From a virus, in the UHGV virus genome UHGV-0213645: a stretch of DNA of 43,486 bases, one strand, 5' to 3'. Below, piece by piece: positions 18,812 to 26,850 of this stretch. Each line of letters opens with the position of its first letter. Position 1 is the stretch's first letter. The notes beneath the pieces were generated by a model. It was given only the letters and a program-made list of their open reading frames with translations, made no database searches and had not been told where the DNA came from. A program made the position numbers and the translations under genes.

Positions 18812-18825
18812 GGTAGCGTGATCGG

Positions 18826-19278
18826 TCACTGAAACTCAATCGTTACTTCCTGAGGCTCCGCGTTGAAGTCAAAAATTTCATGCACTTCCATAATCAGCGG
18901 AGACAGGAAATCCTTCGTTTCAACACCGATTTCAAACTCAAGGGAGTACCCATCGCGAACCTTACGCATCGCATCCATCGACTTGCGCACATAGTACTCA
19001 ACGTCCAGTTCAATGCCGTTCTGATAGATCGTGATTGCGTACAGATTGTTAAAGCTCTGAGACTTTCCTGAGTGGTTCTCCCATTCCATTTTCAGGATCA
19101 GCATTGTTTCCTGATTCGTGCTCAGACCCGCGCCAGTCTTGGCCAGACAGCGCACAGCACCGTTCGTCGTTGTGATCGTTTGTACCTCTACAACATCGCC
19201 AAAAGCAGCACCCTCACCAAGCGCAAGGCACGGAACGGTCAGCAAAACGCACAGCAACAAGCAAATGATCTTTTTCAT
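18826..19278 (-). CDS. Secreted protein (DUF5067-like), superinfection exclusion candidate
   Basis: Signal peptide MKKIICLLLCVLLTVPCLA. WENHS and YQNGIEL motifs. Located in the immunity region. Confidence 0.6.
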   Translation of the reverse strand: MKKIICLLLCVLLTVPCLALGEGAAFGDVVEVQTITTTNGAVRCLAKTGAGLSTNQETMLILKMEWENHSGKSQSFNNLYAITIYQNGIELDVEYYVRKSMDAMRKVRDGYSLEFEIGVETKDFLSPLIMEVHEIFDFNAEPQEVTIEFQ

Positions 19279-19359
19279 AACGATTCCTCCACATCTATGT
19301 TGATTGACAATATTGTACCACTATTTACCAGATAATAAAATGTAAGGAGATATGCCAAA

Positions 19360-19509
19360 ATGGACAAATGCGAAATCAAGTACGGATGCACTTTCCTGAT
19401 GGACGACATCAAACGCATGATGAAGAAAATGAACTACGCATCCTTGCGAATTGTTTGGAGGTTGCTCAAGAGCCTTGCAGGAGAAGAAGAGGTTGACAAT
19501 CGGGAATAA
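19360..19509 (+). CDS. Small hypothetical protein (49 aa, not in ORF track), possible antirepressor
   Basis: AAGGAG RBS. MDKCEIKYGCTFLMDDIKRMMKKMNYASLRIVWRLLKSLAGEEEVDNRE. Confidence 0.45.
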   Translation: MDKCEIKYGCTFLMDDIKRMMKKMNYASLRIVWRLLKSLAGEEEVDNRE

Positions 19510-19565
19510 AATACGGTACAATTATATCTGATTGATACATCCTGAACGCCGGAGGACATAAGCTA

Positions 19566-20120
19566 ATGAGCGACGCAGAGAGCAATGCTATACTGTGGGT
19601 AATGATTGCAATATTTGTAATTGCTTTCATTTATAAGGTAATCCAAGGATATCTATCAGCCGAAAGCCGAGACGAACAAACGTGGCTCAACGAGATGGAT
19701 TCAGTCAGCCCTTTCGACTTTGAAAGATTCGTTGCAAGATTGTTTGCAGCCGCCGGCTTTGTAAATGTAAGCGTTACGCAAAGCAGCGGGGATTATGGCG
19801 CGGATGTTCTTATGCGCTCGGGGGATGGAGAAAAAATATGCATACAGTGCAAAAAGTACTCTAAAAAGGTTGGCGTATCGTCCGTACAGGAAATCGCTGC
19901 GGCAAAGGCTTATTACGGGTGCGATGTCGCTGCCGTTGCAACAAACAGCTACTTTACGGAAAACGCAATTCGTCTTGCAAGATCCAATAACGTGCTTTTG
20001 TTCGACAGGGATTCCTTGAAGAGGCTCATTCGTTTGGTATGCGAAGAACGGGAAAAGAAAGAAAAAGCCAAGATCAAGGAGAATAAAAAGGCACAAAAGC
20101 GCGCCAAGAAAGGGAAATAG
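19566..20120 (+). CDS. Membrane-anchored Mrr-like (Mrr_cat) restriction endonuclease
   Basis: N-terminal TM helix. FERFVA.LF, SGDYGADV, IQCKKY and TNSYFT..A..LA motifs. Own promoter TTGACA-N18-TACAAT near 19493. Confidence 0.85.
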   Translation: MSDAESNAILWVMIAIFVIAFIYKVIQGYLSAESRDEQTWLNEMDSVSPFDFERFVARLFAAAGFVNVSVTQSSGDYGADVLMRSGDGEKICIQCKKYSKKVGVSSVQEIAAAKAYYGCDVAAVATNSYFTENAIRLARSNNVLLFDRDSLKRLIRLVCEEREKKEKAKIKENKKAQKRAKKGK

Positions 20121-20124
20121 TGCA

Positions 20125-20403
20125 ATGGAAAAATTCAAAAACGTACCGGACGAAACAGTCCACGTGCCATCCGAAACTAAACAGGCATCGCATGCAGAAA
20201 GCCAGGTCGGAAGACGGCTTTTCAGCCGGAAGCCCGATACAAAGACCTATCATTCGGGAGCGCTGGTGTTTCCCGGAACGTCCTATCTGTGTGCTGATTG
20301 CAACAGACAGCGCGGCAAACTGCAGGCTTTTGATGCGCATATCGGAAATCTGAAACTGCCAAAGTGTCCAGTGTGCGGCGGCATTGACTGGTACAGATTA
20401 TAA
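20125..20403 (+). CDS. Zinc-ribbon hypothetical protein
   Basis: YLCADC...LPKCPVCG motif. Confidence 0.55.
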   Translation: MEKFKNVPDETVHVPSETKQASHAESQVGRRLFSRKPDTKTYHSGALVFPGTSYLCADCNRQRGKLQAFDAHIGNLKLPKCPVCGGIDWYRL

Positions 20404-20419
20404 GTTATAACAATTAAGT

Positions 20420-20453
20420 AAAAGGCTGGCGATGATTCGCCGGTCTTTTTTTT
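20420..20453. terminator. Bidirectional intrinsic terminator
   Basis: AAAAGGCTGGCGA...TCGCCGGTCTTTTTTT between convergent genes. Confidence 0.75.
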
Positions 20454-20811
20454 ATTTTTGGGCTGCATCCGTGAAGATTCTTTCAAGCGTAGCCCATTCT
20501 TCCGGCGACAGCTTTGCCAGGGCGGAGATCAGGCGCGCCTTGAAGGCGTCGCTGCCGGTCAGCAGATCGCCCATGAACAAGGCGATTTCTTCGTTCTGGC
20601 TTTTCTGCACATAGGGTTCGCCCTGACCAGTGCGGAGCCATTTCTCACTCACAGAATACTCACGGCATATCGCGAGAATAACGGAGTCGTTGGGCGTTCT
20701 TAGGCCGTTTTCATAGTTTGTAATAGTATTACCTTTTAATCCAATGCGCTGACCGAAGGCGGTTTGCGTCAACTTATAGTCTTTTCTAATCTGGCGAATA
20801 CGTTCATTCAT
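20452..20811 (-). CDS. CI-like XRE repressor (no S24 autoprotease domain)
   Basis: MNERIRQIRKDYKLTQTAFGQRIG...ITNYENG.R.P...WLRTGQGE. GAGGAG RBS. Divergent from the early operon. Confidence 0.88.
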   Translation of the reverse strand: MNERIRQIRKDYKLTQTAFGQRIGLKGNTITNYENGLRTPNDSVILAICREYSVSEKWLRTGQGEPYVQKSQNEEIALFMGDLLTGSDAFKARLISALAKLSPEEWATLERIFTDAAQK

Positions 20812-20834
20812 TAAAATCACTCCTCTCGAAAATG

Positions 20835-20911
20835 AGTATAGCATATGAAACTCTCAATGTCAATATTTTTTCAAAAACCCTATTGACAAAGCTCACAATG
20901 GGTGCTACTAT
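20835..20911. promoter_or_regulatory. Back-to-back promoters of the lysis/lysogeny switch
   Basis: Leftward TTGACA-17-TATACT (20863 to 20835). Rightward TTGACA-17-TACTAT (20883-20911). Both overlap a CTC(T/A)CAATG motif (putative operator). Confidence 0.8.
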
Positions 20912-20941
20912 AGTCACGATGAAAGGAGCGTGATACCCGAT

Positions 20942-21103
20942 ATGAGTGAAGATAAAGAGAAAATCCTATCCAATATCGCCAAGGCCGTAAACAGCGCGCC
21001 GGACAAGCAGCAGTACTTCTTGGGGCTGGCAGAGGGCATGGCGCTGATGGCGGAGGAAAAGAAGACGGAGAAGCCCGACAGCAAGAAGGGGGCAACAGCG
21101 TGA
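20942..21103 (+). CDS. Small early protein opposite CI (53 aa, not in ORF track)
   Basis: AAAGGAG upstream. MSEDKEKILSNIAKAVNSAPDKQQYFLGLAEGMALM... Confidence 0.65.
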   Translation: MSEDKEKILSNIAKAVNSAPDKQQYFLGLAEGMALMAEEKKTEKPDSKKGATA

Positions 21104-21366
21104 AGATCACCCGCAAAGACGCAACCACAGTCCGGCTGTGGATGAGCAACGCGATCCAGAAGGCCAAGCTGGACGAAAAGCTAAGCCTTGAAGAGCAAAC
21201 CAACCTGTGGGGCTGGATTGTTCAGGAGATCGACGACGCACTTGAAAAAGACCATCAGCGGCATGTGAGGAACCGCAGGATAATCATTTCCCTGCTAATT
21301 TCTGCGCTAAGTCTTTTAGTGGCAGGAGCTCACATGATGTTAACAGTGCGGCAATGGATATCATGA
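21100..21366 (+). CDS. Hypothetical membrane protein
   Basis: GTGA overlap with the previous gene. C-terminal TM helix. Confidence 0.5.
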   Translation: MKITRKDATTVRLWMSNAIQKAKLDEKLSLEEQTNLWGWIVQEIDDALEKDHQRHVRNRRIIISLLISALSLLVAGAHMMLTVRQWIS

Positions 21367-21649
21367 GCGACAGGATAGCAATGCTCGTGGTGATCCAGTA
21401 ACGCCGAGAAGCAGTGCGCTTGTCCGACGCATCCCGAAGCGACTGGCGCTGATAGCTGGTCAGGATGCTTTCGCTTTCATTGGTAGCGTACAGATTTCCA
21501 GATCCATCGCGCATGACGGCTTTCAACCGCAATAAGCGCTCGCCAAAGACAACTTCTTCTTCCGACAGAGCGCTGAACGGAATGCGCCTTTCGCTGATCA
21601 CGCGTGCAAGCAACTTGTATTCTTCGGTAAGCTTGGCCTTTTTGCTCAT
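21284..21649 (-). CDS. Hypothetical membrane protein (opposite-strand moron)
   Basis: AGGAGG RBS. C-terminal TM YWITTSIAILSLMISIAALL. Confidence 0.6.
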   Translation of the reverse strand: MSKKAKLTEEYKLLARVISERRIPFSALSEEEVVFGERLLRLKAVMRDGSGNLYATNESESILTSYQRQSLRDASDKRTASRRYWITTSIAILSLMISIAALLTSCELLPLKDLAQKLAGK

Positions 21650-21682
21650 TGTAACCTCCTAATTGGAAGGAATCTTGGGAAA

Positions 21683-21853
21683 ATGACGGACGGAGAGAGG
21701 GAATACGGCAAGCCGAACCTGCCGGTGATCATTCTGGCTTCCCTGATTGGGTCGGCGATTGGTATGTATATGTCACTGTTTGACTATGTTCCAATCCTGT
21801 CTCCGCTGGCGAACGCCGTGATTCGGCTGCTGCAAGCGCTTGGGTGGCTATGA
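21683..21853 (+). CDS. Small membrane protein (56 aa)
   Basis: MTDGEREYGKPNLPVIILASLIGSAIGMYMSLFDYVPILSPLANAVIRLLQALGWL. Confidence 0.45.
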   Translation: MTDGEREYGKPNLPVIILASLIGSAIGMYMSLFDYVPILSPLANAVIRLLQALGWL

Positions 21854-22023
21854 AGGACAAGCAGCAGCGAACCCCCAGGACGAAAGGGAAGTGCGAAGTG
21901 ACTGAGAAGGAAAAGAACTTTTACTACTGCATGGGGTTGATCGTCGGCGCATTGGTGGCAACGCTCTTGCATGCCCCCGTTGTTGCCCCACTGGCAGAAG
22001 CGTTTGCGAGGCTGTTTAAGTGA
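21850..22023 (+). CDS. Small membrane protein
   Basis: ATGA overlap. ...FYYCMGLIVGALVATLLHAPVVAPLAEAFARLFK. Alternative GTG start at 21898. Confidence 0.4.
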   Translation: MKDKQQRTPRTKGKCEVTEKEKNFYYCMGLIVGALVATLLHAPVVAPLAEAFARLFK

Positions 22024-22078
22024 GGACATCAATCATAGCCATTATACCACGCCGGGAAGGGATAGAAAAGAGGACGAC

Positions 22079-22267
22079 ATGACGAACTATGAAATGCTGA
22101 AGAACGCCTCAAAGTTGGAGCTGGCGAACATGCTGTGCCAGATGGTGGGGGCGTCGGAGGATGGGTGCGATGGCTGCCCGGCGAACAAACTGTGCTATGT
22201 GGGACACACCGGCATGAATGATTGGCTCGACAAGGAAGCCGACGAGGAAGAGTGGGAATCATGCTGA
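22079..22267 (+). CDS. Cys-containing hypothetical protein
   Basis: GAGG RBS. MTNYE.LK...C..CP....C...WL..EA phage motif. Confidence 0.6.
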   Translation: MTNYEMLKNASKLELANMLCQMVGASEDGCDGCPANKLCYVGHTGMNDWLDKEADEEEWESC

Positions 22268-22419
22268 TCGTAATCATCATTGCTGCCATTGCGCTGACGG
22301 CGCTCACCGCCTCGCTTACCGGCGGCGCGGGAAGCTGTACCGACCATTACAGCGCGTACTACCGCAGCATGGAGCGGCTGACAGATAAAAAGTAATCAAA
22401 AACAAGGAGGAAAATAACA

Positions 22420-23028
22420 ATGTGCCGACTTAAATCGTGCCTGGTGCTCAAGGATCGCGTATTCTGCCCATACTACGACAGCCACCAGGACATGCTGGAC
22501 AAGCTGGGCATCAAGGACACCTACCTGGGAGCCAGCAAAACCTTTGTGCGGGTGGAGCTTATGCCGCCGGACTGCGTGGAATCGCTGATGGAGCCGCTGG
22601 ACAGGTGGACGCTCAGTGTGGATCAGGATGTAACGCCCGAGTGGTGGGATGTGGAGGCCGACCGGCAGCGCGTGGAAGAAGCCGTTGAGGCATGGCGCAG
22701 GGAGCACGTTTTTGCGGAGGGCGAACACAGCGTTAAGGCTGGAGAGGTTTACGCCTACGGAAGCGCCACGGTGAAAGCCTTCGGCAGCGCCACGGTGAAA
22801 GCCTACGGAAGCGCCAAGGTGTATGCCTGCGACAGCGCCACGGTGAAAGCCTTCGGCAGCGCCACGGTGGAAGCCTACGACAGCGCCACGGTGGAAGCCT
22901 ACGGAAGCGCCACGGTGAAAGCCTTCGGCAGCGCCACGGTGAAAGCCTACGACAGCGCCACGGTGGTTTATCCCTATAAAAATAAGATCGTCTATCCCGC
23001 TGGATGGACGGCGGAAACGCACGATTAA
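22420..23028 (+). CDS. Protein with octapeptide (A[YF][GD]SATV[KE]) repeats, likely beta-solenoid
   Basis: AAGGAGG RBS. Nine 8-aa repeats. Confidence 0.75.
   Translation: MCRLKSCLVLKDRVFCPYYDSHQDMLDKLGIKDTYLGASKTFVRVELMPPDCVESLMEPLDRWTLSVDQDVTPEWWDVEADRQRVEEAVEAWRREHVFAEGEHSVKAGEVYAYGSATVKAFGSATVKAYGSAKVYACDSATVKAFGSATVEAYDSATVEAYGSATVKAFGSATVKAYDSATVVYPYKNKIVYPAGWTAETHD
22753..22968 (+). repeat. Nine tandem 24-bp coding repeats
   Basis: Unit approximately GCCT(A/T)CG(G/A)(A/C)AGCGCCACGGTG(A/G)AA, repeated at 24-bp spacing. Confidence 0.95.
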
Positions 23029-23133
23029 CAATAATCACAATCGGCTGCGGCACGAAACGCCGCTGACACACGGAAAGACGGGCGCGCGATGGGAGCGAGA
23101 CACCCACGGACAGCCGGGAGAGACCGGCAGCAC

Positions 23134-23200
23134 GGGGCGGCTGAGTAGGGTGTGTGTTCGATAGCTCACACCGCAGGTGCAAATCCTGCCCGCCCCACCA
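23134..23200 (+). ncRNA. tRNA-like element lacking a D-arm
   Basis: Acceptor stem GGGGCGG/CCGCCCC plus ACCA. T-arm GCAGG-TGCAAAT-CCTGC. Single GGTGTG/CACACC arm with a 12-nt loop. Confidence 0.6.
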
Positions 23201-23331
23201 CCCGGCATGTTGGGTACTTGCATGCTGGGCACCTCCTTCTAATCCCGCTATAAGCGGGTGCCGCATGGGGTTTTCGCATCCCCCCTGGGCGGCGGGCAGC
23301 GCTGGTCAGCGGCGTCAATGCCCGCCTGTCT

Positions 23332-23407
23332 GCCGGTGTAGTTCAAGAGGCAGAACGGCGCACTTGTAACGCGCGCGTTGTCGGTTCGATTCCGGCCACC
23401 GGCTCCA
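23332..23407 (+). tRNA. tRNA-Thr(TGT)
   Basis: 76-nt cloverleaf: GCCGGTG/CACCGGC acceptor, GTTC/GAAC D-stem, CT-TGT-AA anticodon loop (one A-C mismatch in the stem), GTCGG-TTCGATT-CCGGC T-arm, encoded CCA. Confidence 0.85.
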
Positions 23408-23434
23408 TCAATTCAGGCGAAAGGATGATTTGCA

Positions 23435-23671
23435 ATGACGTATCCCCCCATGACGCTGGACGAGCTGCGGGCATGGCCCAAGGCGACCGTATCGCCCACG
23501 CAGGCAAGCGGGCTGCTGAACTGCGACCCGTACAGCCTGAACGTGGCTGCCAAGGCTGGGCGGCTGGCGATTCGGCATATCTTTTCTGGCCGCAACCTGC
23601 GCATCAGCAAGACGGATCTGCTGGCCTTTTGCACCGGCAGCGCGGATGGAGCGTGGCGGGTATGCAAATGA
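23435..23671 (+). CDS. Excisionase-like winged-HTH DNA-binding protein
   Basis: SPTQASGLLNCDPYSL...GRNLRISKTDLLAF pattern. Confidence 0.6.
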   Translation: MTYPPMTLDELRAWPKATVSPTQASGLLNCDPYSLNVAAKAGRLAIRHIFSGRNLRISKTDLLAFCTGSADGAWRVCK

Positions 23672-23871
23672 GCCAGGTGCCCTGCAAGCGCGACTGCCCC
23701 AACCGGGCGATTGGCTGCCACGGCAGGTGCGAGGCCTACGGCAGCTTCCGGGCAGCACAGGAGGCGCGCTACCGCCAGAACGAGATCAACGCCAGCGCGA
23801 GCTATGTGTATGTCAACGTGCTGCAGGCCCAGCGCAAGGCGCTGATGGACAAAAAAAGCAAGGGCCGCTGA
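23662..23871 (+). CDS. Cys-rich hypothetical protein
   Basis: PCKRDCPNRAIGCHGRCEAY motif, common in phage early regions. Confidence 0.55.
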   Translation: MQMSQVPCKRDCPNRAIGCHGRCEAYGSFRAAQEARYRQNEINASASYVYVNVLQAQRKALMDKKSKGR

Positions 23872-23913
23872 CGGTTGCCCCTGCCAACAGCCCCGTGAAA
23901 GGAAGATTTGCAA

Positions 23914-24420
23914 ATGCAGTATACCACAAAAAAGCCCGATGTGCAAGCCGTAAACGGCAAGGAAATGCGCGCGCTGGAATTTCTGGCGGCGTTCGACGTG
24001 CAGATGAAACTGGACGAAAAGGTGCTGGAGGAGAGGCTGCGCAGCATCCCCAACGGCTGGCGGAACTTTCGCATGATTCGCACGCAGCACCATTTGCTGA
24101 TGGACGCGCTGTACGACACCATGCCGCAGACCAAGCGCTGGATGCTGTATCGGACGATCACCACCGGCCAGCTCATCATGCGCCCCGTGCCCGCCAGCAA
24201 GGCGCACAGCGAGATGATCGTGCAGGCCAGGGACGTGCAGACGGTATGCGCCAAGGCCATTGACGCGGAGTGCGCGATGTGCGTGAAAACGGGCGCGGAG
24301 ATCAGGCACTGCAAGCTGCGTGAGGCCATGCAGCGGATGGCAACCCCCTATGAGATACCAAAGAGCGGCTGCGAGTATGCGCACTACAGCCATGCCTGGG
24401 AGGAGATGACGGACGATTGA
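23914..24420 (+). CDS. Hypothetical protein
   Basis: Long ORF in the early operon. C-terminal CAMC...C...C. Confidence 0.6.
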   Translation: MQYTTKKPDVQAVNGKEMRALEFLAAFDVQMKLDEKVLEERLRSIPNGWRNFRMIRTQHHLLMDALYDTMPQTKRWMLYRTITTGQLIMRPVPASKAHSEMIVQARDVQTVCAKAIDAECAMCVKTGAEIRHCKLREAMQRMATPYEIPKSGCEYAHYSHAWEEMTDD

Positions 24421-24653
24421 GCGAGCAACCGAAGCGCTGCTACTGCTGCGGCGCGGTGCTGGATGGCGGCCACACGCTGTTTTGCCCGGCGTGCTGGGAT
24501 CACTTTAGGCCGCTGGATAACCTGCCGCGCTGCCGCGTGTGCAGGCGCATCCTGATCGGCTTTGACGACGACATTTGCCCGCCCTGTGCGGCGGCTGGAA
24601 AGGAGGCACAATGTACTGCGTGTACCGCATCAGCGGAGACAAAAAGCTGCTGA
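24417..24653 (+). CDS. Double zinc-ribbon hypothetical protein
   Basis: Multiple CxxC pairs. TTG start after GGAGGAG. Confidence 0.45.
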   Translation: MSEQPKRCYCCGAVLDGGHTLFCPACWDHFRPLDNLPRCRVCRRILIGFDDDICPPCAAAGKEAQCTACTASAETKSC

Positions 24654-24775
24654 TCGCCCGGACAAAAACCATGGAGCGCGCGGCGCTGCTGGCGCAGCGG
24701 GTGATGACAGCCCTGCGGCTGTGGCGAAATGACACGGACAGCGTGGTGATCGAAAGTGAGGACGTGGATGACTGA
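24611..24775 (+). CDS. Small hypothetical protein
   Basis: AGGAGG RBS then MYCVYRISGDKKLLIARTK... Confidence 0.5.
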   Translation: MYCVYRISGDKKLLIARTKTMERAALLAQRVMTALRLWRNDTDSVVIESEDVDD

Positions 24776-25565
24776 GCAGGAGTACAACAAAGCGCCCGGC
24801 ATACGCAGATCGCTCCTGTGGGAGCTCCGCAAAAGCCCGGCGCACTTGAAATGGCGCATGGAAAACCCGCCCGAGGCCACCCCGGCGCTGATCTTCGGCC
24901 AGGCGCTGCACGCGGCGCTGCTGACCCCGGAGGACTACGGCAGGCAGTTTGCCGTGATGCCATGCACAGACCGGCGCACCAAGGCCGGGCGCGAGGCGTG
25001 GGAGGCTGCCGCCGCTGAGGCGCAGGGCAGGACGCAGATCGCCTTTGACTGGGCGGAGCAGATCGCGGCCATGGTGCAGGCTGTGCGCGGCAACGCGATG
25101 GCCGCAAGGCTGCTGGACGGACCGCACGAAACCAGCTACTTTTGGGCGGATACCCTGACGGGCGAAGGCTGCAAGTGCCGCACGGACGCGGAGACCGTCG
25201 TCGGCGATATGCACCTGATCGTCGATCTGAAATCCTGTCAGGATGCGAGCACGGACGCATTTATGCGCGATGCCCTGAACTATGGCTACGACGTGCAGGC
25301 AGCCATGTACACCGATGGATACAAGGCTTGTACCGGAAACGATGCATCCTTTGTCTTTATCGCAGCCGAAAAGAACCCGCCCTATGCGGTGAACATCCTG
25401 CAAGCGGATACCCTGTTTATGCAGCACGGCCAGGACCGCTACCGCCACCTGCTGGGGCTGTACCACGAGTGCAGACAGCGCAACCAGTGGCCGGGCTATA
25501 CCGGCTTTGACGGCGACATTGCATCCCTTGGACTGCCCGCGTGGCTTGCCAAGGACTATCAATAA
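24768..25565 (+). CDS. RecE/Exonuclease VIII-like PD-(D/E)xK nuclease (DUF3799)
   Basis: SPAH, FGQALHAALL, CKCRTD, IVDLKS, YGYDVQAAMY and WPGY motifs. Confidence 0.88.
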   Translation: MTEQEYNKAPGIRRSLLWELRKSPAHLKWRMENPPEATPALIFGQALHAALLTPEDYGRQFAVMPCTDRRTKAGREAWEAAAAEAQGRTQIAFDWAEQIAAMVQAVRGNAMAARLLDGPHETSYFWADTLTGEGCKCRTDAETVVGDMHLIVDLKSCQDASTDAFMRDALNYGYDVQAAMYTDGYKACTGNDASFVFIAAEKNPPYAVNILQADTLFMQHGQDRYRHLLGLYHECRQRNQWPGYTGFDGDIASLGLPAWLAKDYQ

Positions 25566-25577
25566 CAGGAGGACATT

Positions 25578-26450
25578 ATGAGCGAGATTACCAACTATCA
25601 GCAGGCCCCCAACATGCCCGCGCCGCAGAACGTGCCCATGGGCAACATCAATCAGGGCACAATCGCCATTGAATCCCAGCGCGCCATTGCCGAGGCGCAG
25701 GCCAAGCTGCTTGTGGCGCAGCGCTTCCCCCGTGACGAGATCGCGGCATACAACCGCATGTACCGCGCCTGTCAGCGCAAGAGCTTTGCGGAAAAGGCGT
25801 TTTTCAACTTCCCCCGCGCCGGCGGTTCTGTCAGCGGCCCGACCATTCGACTGGCCGAGGAGCTTGCCCGCTGCTGGGGCAATGTGGACTACGGTATCAA
25901 GGAGCTGTCGCAGGATAATGGCAAGTCTGAGATGCAGGCTTACGCATGGGACTTGGAGACCAACACCATTTCCAGCCAGAACTTTACCAATCCCCACATG
26001 CGCGAGGTGACGGAGAAAGACCCCGTTACCGGGCGCAAGGTCAGCGTAAACAAAGAGCTGACCAGCATCCGCGATATCTATGAGATCAACGCCAACATGG
26101 GCGCGCGCCGCATGCGCTCCCGCATCCTGGCTGTGCTGCCTGCCGACTTTGTGGAGGCTGCCGTCAGTGAGTGTAAAAAGACGCTGGCCGGACAGAACGA
26201 CGAGCCGCTGATCGACCGCGTGAAGCGCATGGTGGTGCAGTTTGGCAAGCTGGGCGTGACCAAAGAGATGCTGGAAAAGCGCCTGGGCTTTGAGGTCAGC
26301 CAGATGAACGCGGACGACTTTGCGGAGTACGTCGGCATTTATACCTCCATCAAGGACAAAGAGACCCGAATTGCCGAATGGTTTGAGCGCAAGGACGAGC
26401 CTACAGCACTCAACGAAGCGCTCAAGGCGGAAGGGACTGAGAAGAAATGA
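25578..26450 (+). CDS. Putative single-strand annealing recombinase
   Basis: Located between the exonuclease and ssb. FPRD, GPTIRLAEELAR.WGN and WDLETN motifs. Confidence 0.6.
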   Translation: MSEITNYQQAPNMPAPQNVPMGNINQGTIAIESQRAIAEAQAKLLVAQRFPRDEIAAYNRMYRACQRKSFAEKAFFNFPRAGGSVSGPTIRLAEELARCWGNVDYGIKELSQDNGKSEMQAYAWDLETNTISSQNFTNPHMREVTEKDPVTGRKVSVNKELTSIRDIYEINANMGARRMRSRILAVLPADFVEAAVSECKKTLAGQNDEPLIDRVKRMVVQFGKLGVTKEMLEKRLGFEVSQMNADDFAEYVGIYTSIKDKETRIAEWFERKDEPTALNEALKAEGTEKK

Positions 26451-26830
26451 TCAACAACATAGTCATCCAGGGCAGACTGGCCCGCGACCCGGAGATCAAG
26501 ACCACCCAGAGCGGCATTGCGGTTGCCAATTTTACCGTGTGCTGGTCGGACAAGTACAAGGAAACGGAAACCAGGCTGTTTATCCCCTGCAAGGCGTGGC
26601 GCGGCACGGCGGAATTTATCGAAAAGTATTTTAAGAAGGGCCAGGAAATCGCAGTAGAAGGGCGCTTGATCACGGAAGAGTGGGAGAAGGACGGCGAGAA
26701 GAAGAGCCGCGTGGTGCTGGATGTGCGCAATGTGCATTTCTGCGGCAAGCGGGATGACAGCCAGGGCGCTGCTGCGGAGCCTGCGGAGAGCCAGCCGGTG
26801 CAGGTGGACGACGAATCGCTGCCGTTCTAA
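26447..26830 (+). CDS. ssb: Single-stranded DNA-binding protein
   Basis: GRLARDPE, KGQEIAVEGRL, acidic C-terminus DDESLPF. Confidence 0.95.
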   Translation: MINNIVIQGRLARDPEIKTTQSGIAVANFTVCWSDKYKETETRLFIPCKAWRGTAEFIEKYFKKGQEIAVEGRLITEEWEKDGEKKSRVVLDVRNVHFCGKRDDSQGAAAEPAESQPVQVDDESLPF

Positions 26831-26850
26831 GCAGAAGGAGGTGAAACGGC

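Noticed and set aside
22753..22968. Possible CRISPR array
   Set aside because: Contiguous in-frame tandem units with no unique spacers.
23035..23232. Minus-strand 65-aa ORF behind AGAAGGAGGTG
   Set aside because: The product has no protein-like features and lies antisense to tRNA-like structures. Not excluded, but unsupported.
23201..23331. tRNA-associated HDV-like (theta) ribozyme
   Set aside because: It contains an ACCTCC element after a tRNA-like 3' end, but I could only build simple tandem hairpins, not the nested double pseudoknot. A descriptor search would settle it.
24630..25997. 455-aa minus-strand ORF (likewise 40-1044, 2095-3237, 23413-24393)
   Set aside because: These are shadow ORFs antisense to well-supported genes in GC-rich DNA, with no motifs or RBS.
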